A DNA stretch of 64,000 bases from Spirochaetes bacterium ADurb.Bin133 (GCA_002070605.1 MWDO01000003.1:11853-75852); one strand, 5' to 3'. Counted from the stretch's first letter, positions 37,500 through 46,378 are shown. Numbers and translations are program-made. Notes: a model not told the origin generated them from the letters alone.

Positions 37500-38366
37500 A
37501 TGAAAAGTTATCAATCGTATTCTAAAATAAATCTGTTTCTAAACGTAACCGGAAGGTATAAGAGCGGTTATCACTCTATAAAGAGTCTATTTTGCCGCGC
37601 TACGTTGTCGGATAGCATATCCTATTCTCTAAACGATACAAATAAAATCAAAATTATAGACAAAAAAAATATATTGCCGGAGAATAATCTTTTAAAAACG
37701 GCGGCAGATAAAATTATTTCGAGTTTGAACGGTAGAATTCCTTTTGGCATAGATTTTACAGTCGAGAAAAAAATACCTATAGGCGGCGGGCTTGGCGGCG
37801 GCTCTTCTAACGCCGCTTCCGTTTTAAAAATTTTAAATAAAGAGTGGCGGCTAAATTTCGGGGTTGAAAAATTAAAAAAAATCGCGCGACAAATCGGAGC
37901 GGACGTCCCCTTTTTTATCGAGGGGGGGACGCAAAAAGTTTTCGGCGTCGGGGAGATAGTCAAATCAATAAAAACGGGAATTCCCGTTTTTTATTTAATT
38001 CTGGTTTTCCCGGAAATTCAGGTATCCACTCCCGCCGCTTATAAATTGATTGACGACAATAATATGGCTTGCGAATCTTACGAAGAACGAAAAATGTTTA
38101 AAAAATTAATCGAAGGGTACCGCTCTAACGATTACAAAAAAATAATTTCTAATGTTTATAATAAATTTGAATATCCCGTATTTGCTCAAAACAAAATATT
38201 ATCTGATATAAAAAACGACGTTCTTGACAGCGGAGCCGACGCGTCGGTTATGTCTGGATCCGGCTCGACGATAATCGGCATATACGAGACTTATGAAAAA
38301 AGAAAAACGGGAATCGAGCGTTTACAATCTTACGGATATAACGTCGAGCCGGTAGAAATATTTTAG
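37500..38366 (+). CDS. ispE: 4-diphosphocytidyl-2-C-methyl-D-erythritol kinase
   Basis: KINLFL, GYHSI, KKIPIGGGLGGGSSNAA, GADVPFF and MSGSGST. Confidence 0.95.
   Translation: MKSYQSYSKINLFLNVTGRYKSGYHSIKSLFCRATLSDSISYSLNDTNKIKIIDKKNILPENNLLKTAADKIISSLNGRIPFGIDFTVEKKIPIGGGLGGGSSNAASVLKILNKEWRLNFGVEKLKKIARQIGADVPFFIEGGTQKVFGVGEIVKSIKTGIPVFYLILVFPEIQVSTPAAYKLIDDNNMACESYEERKMFKKLIEGYRSNDYKKIISNVYNKFEYPVFAQNKILSDIKNDVLDSGADASVMSGSGSTIIGIYETYEKRKTGIERLQSYGYNVEPVEIF
37970..37991. repeat. Repeat-family palindrome inside ispE
   Basis: AAAAACGGGAATTCCCGTTTTT (22-bp perfect palindrome) encoding KTGIPVF. Confidence 0.85.
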
Positions 38367-38384
38367 AAAAATTGGACGCATATG

Positions 38385-38760
38385 CGTCAAAAAAAACAAC
38401 AACATATGCGTTAAAAAAACAAATTGACACATATGGAGCTGTAGGCCGCGCCCTGATAAAACCGGGAATTCCCGTTTTGAATATATTAAAATACTAACAC
38501 CCTCTTCATACCGGGACCTTATCGGGCTCGCGTCGCTCCCCGACGAATAATTTGACACATATGGAGCTATACGCGCGGGACGCGAAATCGAGGGTTCAGT
38601 TCTACACATACCGCCGCGGCTACTCCCCGATAAAAATTTGACACATATGAGCTACATAACTGCCGCGCCGCTCCCCCAATAGAATTTGACACATATGGAG
38701 CTATACGCCGCGCGACTATTGAACCATTGATTTTCCCTCGTATACGCGCGGGGCGCGATA
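38385..38760. repeat. Large modular repeat cluster between ispE and parC
   Basis: About six TTGACACATATG units with GC-rich GGAGCTA..GCCGCGCCGCTCCCCGA linkers and a palindrome module at ~38461. Confidence 0.9.
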
Positions 38761-38849
38761 AAATTTATTTAATTTTTGACAAATTTATAAATAATTAGTA
38801 TATGTAGGGTATTAACGTTGGATAACCCAAATGGGAGGGGGATGCGGAT

Positions 38850-40742
38850 ATGTCTTTTGTTAAAAATATGATTAGCCGGAATTTTATCGAATTTGCCTCT
38901 TACGTCATTAAGGACAGGGCTATTCCGGATATAAGCGACGGCTTGAAGCCCGCGCAGAGGAGAATATTTCATTCGTTAAATGAAATGGACGACGGTAAGT
39001 TCAACAAGGTCGCTAACGTTATCGGCAATACTATGAAGTATCATCCTCACGGGGACGCCTCTATCTCCTCGGCTCTTATAGTCCTTGCGAATAAAGAGTA
39101 TTTCATTGAAAAACAGGGAAACTTCGGCAATATTTATACCGGCGACGAGGCTTCGGCGGCGAGATATATAGAGTGCCGGTTAACTTCGTTAGCCAAGGAG
39201 ACTATGTTTAACGACGAGTTGACCGAGTATGTCGATAGTTACGACGGAAGAAACAAGGAGCCGGTCTCGCTTCCTACTAAAATTCCGGTTCTTTTATTAT
39301 CTGGAACCGAGGGGATCGCCGTAGGAATGTCCACAAAAATATTATCTCACAATTTCAACGAGTTGTTGAAAGCTCAGATTGCGATCTTAAACAACCAAGA
39401 GTTTGAAATATATCCCGATTTTTTTCAGGGGGGGATAATGGACGTTTCAGAGTATGCTAACGGAAACGGTAAGGTTAAAATAAGAGCTTTAATAGAGAAA
39501 CCAAACGATAAAACTCTAATTATTAAAGAAATTCCTTACTGTACTACGACCGAATCGCTTATAGAGTCAATTGATAACGCTTCGAAAAAGGGTAAAATAA
39601 AGATCAGTTCAATAAACGATTTTACTACGGAAAAAGTAGAGATCGAGATAAAGGTATCAAGAGGCGAAAATTCGACGGACGTAGAAAAGCTTTTATACGC
39701 ATATACGGACTGCGAAGTAAGCGTTAGTTTGAATTGCATAGTTATAAAAGACGGCAGACCTCATGAATGCGGGGTTAGCGATTTATTAAGATATAATACT
39801 GAAAAACTCGTCGTAGACTTAAAAAGAGAGCTTGAAATTGAGAAGGACAAGCTAACCGAGAAATTAAACGATTTGACTTTGGAGATGATATTTATTGAGA
39901 ATAGAATATATAAAAAGATAGAAGAGATAGCGGTTTACGACGAGATTATCTCTACCATTACTAAAGAGTTAAATAAACATAAAAAATTATTTATTAGGGA
40001 ACTTAAAACCGAAGACGTCGAACGGCTTCTTGAAATAAAGATTAGGAGAATATCAAGATTTGACATAGAGAATCACAAAAAAAATATGGACGATATAGTT
40101 CGCCGGTTAGACTTGGTTAAAGAAAGACTTAAAGACGTAGTAAAATACGCGATCGAATATATTGATAATTTGATAAAGAAATACGGCGGCGCTTATCGCC
40201 GGAAAACGAAGATAAGGAAAATTAAAACTCTATCGGCAAGCGAGATAGTTCAGCCCGACGTAAAAGTTTATTGGGACAAAAAAACGGGGTTTTTGGGAAC
40301 CGACGTAAAGAGCGACGAGCGATTTACGGCGTCGCCGATCGATAAATTCCTTGTAATATCTAAGGATTGTTCTTATAAAGTCGTTTCTATAGATAGTAAG
40401 ACGTTTATTGACACAAAGGTAGAATATTTAGCTAAATACGACGATAACGTTACCTTTTCTCTTATATATACCGATCCGGAATCTAAAATTTCTTACGCAA
40501 AAAAATTTAAAATAACGAAATATTTAACCAATAAAGTTTATAATTTAGCTTTTTGCGAAAAGGGAAGAGTCGACTATTTAAGCGTAAATCCTAAGGATAA
40601 GGTAGTAATAGAATATGTTAAGAAGCCCAGACAAAAAATAAACAGCGAGATTTTTTCCTTTTCCGAAGTCGAAATAAAGTCGTCGTCGGCAAAAGGAGTA
40701 AGAGTCTCTACAAAAGAGTTGAAGAAAGTTACAAAAAAATAG
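38850..40742 (+). CDS. parC: DNA topoisomerase IV subunit A (short spirochaete type)
   Basis: DRAIP...DGLKP.QRR, YHPHGD and AARY(IE) catalytic Tyr; 630 aa with no GyrA-box. Confidence 0.88.
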   Translation: MSFVKNMISRNFIEFASYVIKDRAIPDISDGLKPAQRRIFHSLNEMDDGKFNKVANVIGNTMKYHPHGDASISSALIVLANKEYFIEKQGNFGNIYTGDEASAARYIECRLTSLAKETMFNDELTEYVDSYDGRNKEPVSLPTKIPVLLLSGTEGIAVGMSTKILSHNFNELLKAQIAILNNQEFEIYPDFFQGGIMDVSEYANGNGKVKIRALIEKPNDKTLIIKEIPYCTTTESLIESIDNASKKGKIKISSINDFTTEKVEIEIKVSRGENSTDVEKLLYAYTDCEVSVSLNCIVIKDGRPHECGVSDLLRYNTEKLVVDLKRELEIEKDKLTEKLNDLTLEMIFIENRIYKKIEEIAVYDEIISTITKELNKHKKLFIRELKTEDVERLLEIKIRRISRFDIENHKKNMDDIVRRLDLVKERLKDVVKYAIEYIDNLIKKYGGAYRRKTKIRKIKTLSASEIVQPDVKVYWDKKTGFLGTDVKSDERFTASPIDKFLVISKDCSYKVVSIDSKTFIDTKVEYLAKYDDNVTFSLIYTDPESKISYAKKFKITKYLTNKVYNLAFCEKGRVDYLSVNPKDKVVIEYVKKPRQKINSEIFSFSEVEIKSSSAKGVRVSTKELKKVTKK

Positions 40743-40747
40743 ATAGT

Positions 40748-42052
40748 ATGATAAAAAATATCGACGACGCTTACGATTATATATATTCGTTTATTAATCT
40801 CGAAAATAAAATTGAGAAGAAATATCTGAATAAAGAGTATTCTTTGGACAATATTAAAAATATTATCCGATATTTCAATATTGATACCGAATCGTTTAAG
40901 ATATACCATATAGCCGGAACAAAAGGGAAGGGGAGCGTAGCGTATTTTATTTCGCAATTTTTATACTATTCCGGACAGGATTGCGCTTCGTTTTTGTCGC
41001 CTCATTTGATAAAACCGAACGAAAGGATATTGTTTAACCTGAAAGCTATTGGCGACGAAGAGTTAATTGATTTATGCTCGGAAGTTAAGGATAAATTATT
41101 ACGATCAAATTTTATGCCTACTACTTTTGAACTGTTTTTTCTTATTTTTCTTTTGTATTCGAAAAAGAAGGGCGCTAAGCGTCTTGTCGTTGAGACGGGA
41201 CTCGGTGGGCGGCTCGACGCGACAAACGTTTTGAAATCTAAAGTTTCGGTTATTACCCCTATAGGTTACGATCATACAAATATATTGGGAGATACCATAG
41301 CCGAAATCGCCGAAGAAAAAGCCGAAATAATCAAGAATGATTCTATAACCGTCGTTTCAAACCAGTATTACAGATGCAAGGAGGTATTCAGAAGAAAAGC
41401 GAAAGAAAAATGCGCTAAAGTTTATTTCTTAGACGATTATTTTGATTTAATAAACGCGACGCCTACAAATTTTGGATTGAACTGCGATTTTAAGTTTAAT
41501 AGAAATAGATATAACGGTATTAACTTCAACTTTTTTGGAGAACATCAAATATATAATTTTTTTACGGCGTTTTTGTCGGTTTTTTTATATGAAACAAAGG
41601 TAATAAATCTTCTAAACGACGACATGATATCTAAGTTTAACCTGTTTAGAGGTAGAATTGAGGTAATATCAAGGCACCCTTTGATCGTCGTCGACGTATC
41701 GCATAATAAGGAGTCTGCGCGAAGTTTGGTCGACGCGCTAAAACTGCATTTTAGAGATATAAAGTGGGTTGTTATATCGGGAATCGCTACGGACAAGGAT
41801 TATAAGAGATATTATAAAACGTTATCAGAAATAGCGGATAAATTTATAATAACAAGTTTATCAGAATATAAGAAATCAGACCCGAAAATAATTTTTAATT
41901 ATGCAAAAAAAATAAATAAAAACAGCCTCTTTATTGAAGATCAAGAAAGCGCGTTCGAATATGCGCTGAAGAACGCCGATATAATATTGGCAACCGGATC
42001 GTTTTACTTAGTCGGTCCTTTCATAGAATATTATGAAAAAAGAATATTATGA
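40748..42052 (+). CDS. folC: Folylpolyglutamate/dihydrofolate synthase
   Basis: HIAGTKGKGS, SPHL...ERI, ETGLGGRLDATN, DH...LG and TGSFYL. Confidence 0.93.
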   Translation: MIKNIDDAYDYIYSFINLENKIEKKYLNKEYSLDNIKNIIRYFNIDTESFKIYHIAGTKGKGSVAYFISQFLYYSGQDCASFLSPHLIKPNERILFNLKAIGDEELIDLCSEVKDKLLRSNFMPTTFELFFLIFLLYSKKKGAKRLVVETGLGGRLDATNVLKSKVSVITPIGYDHTNILGDTIAEIAEEKAEIIKNDSITVVSNQYYRCKEVFRRKAKEKCAKVYFLDDYFDLINATPTNFGLNCDFKFNRNRYNGINFNFFGEHQIYNFFTAFLSVFLYETKVINLLNDDMISKFNLFRGRIEVISRHPLIVVDVSHNKESARSLVDALKLHFRDIKWVVISGIATDKDYKRYYKTLSEIADKFIITSLSEYKKSDPKIIFNYAKKINKNSLFIEDQESAFEYALKNADIILATGSFYLVGPFIEYYEKRIL

Positions 42053-42058
42053 AAAAAA

Positions 42059-42481
42059 TTAATAAATAGGTTTTTTATATATATCGAAGTTTAGTATTTT
42101 AAATCGGTTGTTTTCTTTAACAAAGGTCAATTCGATTTCGCCGGGACCTTTATCAAATTTGACTTGATATCTCGCTTTTACGAAAAAACCTCCGGTTATG
42201 CCAAAACTGCTTCCCGAGTAGAAATAGGTGTTTTCATATTCTTTTATCAAACCAAGTTCCGCGTCGATCCATTTTCTTAGTTTATTTAAACGAACTCGAT
42301 CTACTTTTTTTTTGTAAGTTTCAGACGCGTTATTCCAGAAAAAATCCCAATTATTACAAGATAACTCCTTCAAAACGTTGTCTGAAAAAAGTTTTGCCGA
42401 CGATAGACTTGGAAAAGAACAAGAAGAGAAGAGCATAATAACGAGGCAGTATGCAATAGAAATAGTAAGTTTTTTAAACAT
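42059..42481 (-). CDS. Putative lipoprotein (DUF3887/DUF4019-like)
   Basis: Spirochaete-type lipobox MLFSSC; Y.VKF......ELTF pattern; start moved to ATG 42481. Confidence 0.6.
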   Translation of the reverse strand: MFKKLTISIAYCLVIMLFSSCSFPSLSSAKLFSDNVLKELSCNNWDFFWNNASETYKKKVDRVRLNKLRKWIDAELGLIKEYENTYFYSGSSFGITGGFFVKARYQVKFDKGPGEIELTFVKENNRFKILNFDIYKKPIY

Positions 42482-42544
42482 ATAATACAAACGATAACAT
42501 TTGCCGCAGAAAAAAAACAAAATTATTACTAAATTTTACAATCG

Positions 42545-42618
42545 AGGAGAAAAAAAAGGGGAGAGAAAAAAGGGAATAAAGAGAAAAAAGAGAAAAAAAG
42601 CGCCGGAATAACCGACGC
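42545..42618 (-). terminator. Intrinsic terminator with long pyrimidine tail
   Basis: Minus-strand GCGTCGG-TTATT-CCGGCGC followed by a T/C-only tract. Confidence 0.5.
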
Positions 42619-42626
42619 CCATAATT

Positions 42627-43391
42627 TTATTTAACTATATACCAAACCATATCAAAACCGACTTTGCTCTGATAGCAGAATATCTTCGTAGCGGCGTCGG
42701 ACGGACCGGAAATGGAAGCTAAGGAGTTGTAATATCGCGTAAACTCGTCGAAATCCTTAATAGCGTATTGATAATGAAGTCCAATCGTAAAACTGATAAA
42801 ATTGAGTTCGAGACCTAACCTAAAGTGCATACCGGGTCTAAATAGGAAGTTTTTAAATCCCGCGTAATTGCTCTTCCACTCTTCTACTTTCAAAAATTCG
42901 TCGGGGTAAAAACTGAAATTAAATAATATTCCGGTCATTAGATAAGGCTGTATAAAAAACGGCGCGCGGATCCCCGCGTTTAAAGATAGACCTAAATCAA
43001 TACGTCCGTTATAAGAGCCGTCGAACGGTAAAAAAGCAAGATCCGCGTCGGCAATAAGCATATGGTACATAAATCTGAATTTTACTCCGTATTCAAGTCC
43101 CGCAAGTATATTTGCCGTTATTATAGCGGATTGCATTCCAACGTCTAAGGATTTTAGAGCGTCTTTTTGTTCGTCGGTTAAGCCCGGATAGTTATAATCT
43201 TCGCCTTTATTAATAGCTTCATACATTTTCGCCGATTCTATTAATCCGAGCATATTTGGAGTTTGAACGGAAAAACCAATGCCGAATTTAAATCCTAACA
43301 ACATTCTTTTAAGATCAATATTGGATTTGGCAAATGTAGAAAATGTCAATAACAATAATAACATAACCAATAAAAATTTCTTTCTCTTCAT
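42627..43391 (-). CDS. Putative small outer-membrane beta-barrel protein
   Basis: Signal peptide, alternating hydrophobic strands (GFKFGIGF, GVKFRF, GLELNF, GLHYQY) and aromatic C-terminus. Confidence 0.55.
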   Translation of the reverse strand: MKRKKFLLVMLLLLLTFSTFAKSNIDLKRMLLGFKFGIGFSVQTPNMLGLIESAKMYEAINKGEDYNYPGLTDEQKDALKSLDVGMQSAIITANILAGLEYGVKFRFMYHMLIADADLAFLPFDGSYNGRIDLGLSLNAGIRAPFFIQPYLMTGILFNFSFYPDEFLKVEEWKSNYAGFKNFLFRPGMHFRLGLELNFISFTIGLHYQYAIKDFDEFTRYYNSLASISGPSDAATKIFCYQSKVGFDMVWYIVK

Positions 43392-43552
43392 AAAAGTCCT
43401 CCTAAAATAACTACTCTAGCGCCTTATATGCCGTAAGTAAACCTAAAACATTAATTATAACGCTAAAAAAAATAATAACAAATATTTTACTAATTAATTG
43501 GAAATATTTATAAACTGTATAAATATTCATACCCATTTACGGTAAGTATAGT

Positions 43553-44194
43553 TTAAAAAATAGCATTAATCAAGTTATTAATGACGTTTAAAATCATTTC
43601 TTTCCTTTTCTCGTCGGCAACGACGGTTTTATTTACAGCGTCTCCGGTCGTATCTATAGTTATAACGTCGTCGCCGTTAAGAATAGTTCGGTCGTTTTGT
43701 AAAAGAGAACTAAATCTGAGCGTCTGATTTTGAATATTAGACGACGCTACCGTTCCGTTTACGATGTCCTTTACGTTAACCGTCCCGCTTATTTGAATAC
43801 TACTTATTTTATTGTTTAAATAAATCTGTTTTTGAGCTGTTATTCCTAGATTTTCTCCATTAACGGCTACAACTCTGCCTTGAAGTTCAGTTTTTATTTT
43901 TAAATCGTCGTTTTCGCTCGAATTTTTATTATCGCTCGTATCTCCGGTTGGTAAGAAATTCAATAGAGCCGAATATTCTCCCCCCTTGATATTTATTGAA
44001 AAATTTTTAACGGATTTGACCCCTGATTTGTAAACTAAAGAGCTGTTTTCATTAACCAATATTAAGACAGAATCGCCTATCGAGTAATTTATTTTGGAAT
44101 TGTAAATATTAGCGTAGTTATCGTTCCACAACGTTTCGGGATAAAAAAAAACGCAAAAACTTAAGAAACCTAATACTAAAAATTTTTTTTTCAT
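43553..44194 (-). CDS. FlgH (flagellar L-ring)-like exported protein
   Basis: TLW...IY......IGD.VLILV.E, RVVAV..ENL.I...KQI.LN....IQISG.V...DI..GTV.S. Confidence 0.65.
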   Translation of the reverse strand: MKKKFLVLGFLSFCVFFYPETLWNDNYANIYNSKINYSIGDSVLILVNENSSLVYKSGVKSVKNFSINIKGGEYSALLNFLPTGDTSDNKNSSENDDLKIKTELQGRVVAVNGENLGITAQKQIYLNNKISSIQISGTVNVKDIVNGTVASSNIQNQTLRFSSLLQNDRTILNGDDVITIDTTGDAVNKTVVADEKRKEMILNVINNLINAIF

Positions 44195-44265
44195 ATTACT
44201 TCCGTTTACTGTGATTACTAAATTATCGGAATATTTATAAAAAAATAGAATTATATGAACTGTTT

Positions 44266-44430
44266 TTTTAGTATATTCAAAACGGGAATTCCCGTTTTGA
44301 ATATACTAAAACACTAAAGCGTTCTTCATACTGGGACCTTATCGGAGCTCGCGTCGCTCCCCGATGTAATTTGACACATATGGAGCTGCATACGTCGCGC
44401 CGCTCCCTGAGAGAATTTGACACATCTATG
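44266..44430. repeat. Repeat cluster with a perfect 46-bp palindrome
   Basis: TTTTAGTATATTCAAAACGGGAA|TTCCCGTTTTGAATATACTAAAA (44266-44311), linker and two core units. Confidence 0.92.
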
Positions 44431-44804
44431 CCGAGAAAATATTGCTAGCCGGCGGGCATGGTTATATAATGAAAACAGAAATTCTTGAAAAAATGATAGA
44501 AGCGATAAGGATCGTATTTAACGGCGGTATATATGTCAGCGAAAATATTAAAGACCGGCTGTTAATTAAAAAATATTCTCAAAAAACCGGTTTAATAAAA
44601 AATGTTGAAGATACGCTGTCTCAAAGAGAATACGAAATTTTTAAATACGTCGGCGCGGGTTATTCCCCAAGCGAAATATCCAATCTTTTGAATTTATCCG
44701 TCTCGAGCGTAAATACTTACAAAAAAAGAATTCAAGATAAACTAAATATAAACGATTCTTGCGAGCTTAAAAAATACGCTATTAAATATTTTAAAAGTTT
44801 GTGA
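44421..44804 (+). pseudogene. NarL/FixJ-family response regulator lacking most of the receiver domain
   Basis: IYAEKILLAGGHGYIMK (end of REC) plus LSQREYEI...LSVSSVNTYKKRI (LuxR HTH); in-frame TGA at 44418 inside the repeat. Confidence 0.75.
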
Positions 44805-44817
44805 AACAATAGTTTTT

Positions 44818-44890
44818 AATTTTGACGCATAGACGCCGCGCCCCGATGAATAAATTGACACATATGGAGTAACATACTCGCCGCGAATTA
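44818..44890. repeat. Repeat cluster
   Basis: Two TTGAC(A/G)CAT units with CCGCGCCCCGATGAATAAA linker. Confidence 0.8.
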
Positions 44891-44896
44891 ATTTTA

Positions 44897-45151
44897 TTAT
44901 TTATACGCATCTTTTCTAAAAACAACTCTTGATACTACTACTTTTTTTTCTTTTTCTTCAATGTAAAATAATATTCGATAATTCCCAGATCTTAATCTAT
45001 ATTCATTATCTCTATCTACTAATTTTTTAACATTCTGATTTCGAGGATTTTCTTTTAGAGTTTCAATATTTTTCAAAATGACCGAATAAAAAGGTTCATT
45101 AATATCTTCTAAATCTTTAACAGCGCTTTTTTTCAACGCAATATTATACAA
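44897..45151 (-). CDS. RelE/ParE-family toxin
   Basis: KSAVKDL, L..NPR...KKL, YRLRSGNYRILF and R.DAY. Confidence 0.88.
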   Translation of the reverse strand: MYNIALKKSAVKDLEDINEPFYSVILKNIETLKENPRNQNVKKLVDRDNEYRLRSGNYRILFYIEEKEKKVVVSRVVFRKDAYK

Positions 45152-45338
45152 TTTTTTTTAACCTTTTATAGTCGTCAAAATTAACTTCATCTTCGTCTAT
45201 TGTTTTTTTAATTAATTCTGAATCTATCTTATCTTCAATTATTTCTATCAGTTTAAGAAAATCATTATAATCAATTATTACTTTCGTTTTATTCCCCTGA
45301 TCGTCGACTATATATTCTCTTGTTAATGATAAATTCAT
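45144..45338 (-). CDS. Cognate antitoxin (RelB-like, 64 aa)
   Basis: YIVDDQG.KT.VII....F..L.E..ED; acidic; overlaps the toxin start. Confidence 0.8.
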   Translation of the reverse strand: MNLSLTREYIVDDQGNKTKVIIDYNDFLKLIEIIEDKIDSELIKKTIDEDEVNFDDYKRLKKIV

Positions 45339-45370
45339 AATTTTTCCCTTACGCGCTTAATATTATTATT

Positions 45371-45399
45371 AATTTAATATTTTTAAACAAAAATATCAA
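45371..45399 (-). promoter_or_regulatory. TA operon promoter
   Basis: Minus-strand TTGATA-17-TAAATT. Confidence 0.55.
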
Positions 45400-45419
45400 T
45401 AAAATTTACTCCAAAAATG

Positions 45420-45590
45420 GTAATTCGTTAGTTTTTTGAGAATTTAAAACATCTGTCCCATATTCGCCGCGCCGCTCCCCCGATAGAAATTTGACACATA
45501 TGTGTCAAAATAAAATTCGACACATATGGGTATCCACCGACCCCTCGATTTCGCATCCCGCGGCGCGTAGTCGAGGGTTTGAAATACGTC
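45420..45590. repeat. Repeat cluster with degenerate terminal motif
   Basis: GTAATTCGTTAGTTTTTTGA (compare GTAATCCGTCAGTTTTTTGG at 20743); perfect palindrome TTTGACACATATGTGTCAAA at 45490-45509. Confidence 0.85.
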
Positions 45591-45635
45591 TACTGAATCG
45601 TATTTATCCATGGTACAGATTTAATTTATTTACCT

Positions 45636-45948
45636 TTAAAATTTTTTCAAAATATTATCATAATCTGCATGAGAACCTATCCAAAACCAAATGATTTCAT
45701 CTTTATTTGCAAAAACGCCTAAGGCTCTCCACCCTATGCCAACTCTAATAGAATATTGTTTTTCCGGCTTTATAATTTGAGACGGCTTCTTCAGCCATAC
45801 TTTCTAATATGTCTTGAGACTCTATAAATAAATTATCTCATTTTAATTCCGACTCAATCTCATCAAGTATCTGTTGAGCCAATAGATTTTGAATTGAATC
45901 GGGCAAATTAGAACTTTTTTTAAAAGCTTTTTCTAATAATTTTGTCAT
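45636..45948 (-). pseudogene. Inactivated type II TA pair (antitoxin with nonsense codon plus C-terminal half of a RelE-like toxin)
   Basis: MTKLLEKAFKKSSNLPDSIQNLLAQQILDEIESELK*DNLF..SQDILESMAEEA....AGKT (TGA at 45840-45838); in another frame YSIRVGIGWRALG...IIWFWIGSHADYD* with no toxin N-terminus; absent from the ORF track. Confidence 0.8.
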
Positions 45949-46056
45949 TATTACCGCCTATCGTCTAATAAATTTAAACAATTAAGACAAATTTGTCAAT
46001 AATTATTTAATCGTAAAATAGCCGCATGTCATTCAAAAAAACAAAGATTATCGTTG

Positions 46057-46304
46057 ACTTTTACCATAGATGTCAAAAAATAAATTTGACACATATGGAT
46101 CTGCATAGTCGCCGCGCCGCTCCCCGATGAAAATTGACACATATGCGCCGCTTCCTGATAAAAGCGGGAATTCCCGTTTTGAATATACTAAAACACTAAA
46201 GCGCCCTTCATGCCAAGACCTTATCGGGACTTGCGGCGCTCCCTGATATAAAATGACACATATGTGTTAAAATTCCTATCGCCCTAAAAAACCTATAGAG
46301 GTAC
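46057..46304. repeat. Repeat cluster with palindrome module and degenerate terminal motif
   Basis: Three core units, GCGGGAATTCCCGTTTTGAATATACTAAAAC and CTAAAAAACCTATAGAGGTAC (46284-46304). Confidence 0.88.
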
Positions 46305-46323
46305 GATTCAAGAATATTTTTAT

Positions 46324-46352
46324 TTGACTTTATTAATACCAATATGTATATT
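46324..46352 (+). promoter_or_regulatory. TA operon promoter
   Basis: TTGACT-17-TATATT. Confidence 0.7.
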
Positions 46353-46378
46353 ATGTATAAGTTTGAGGAGGATTAATT

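Noticed and set aside
11854-45840. TGA-as-Trp recoding, suggested by two TGA codons at conserved Trp positions (11854, 45840)
   Set aside because: Long core genes use TGG for Trp with no internal TGA, and several genes end in TGA. Both cases lie in genes with independent deletions, so they are simple TGG-to-TGA nonsense mutations
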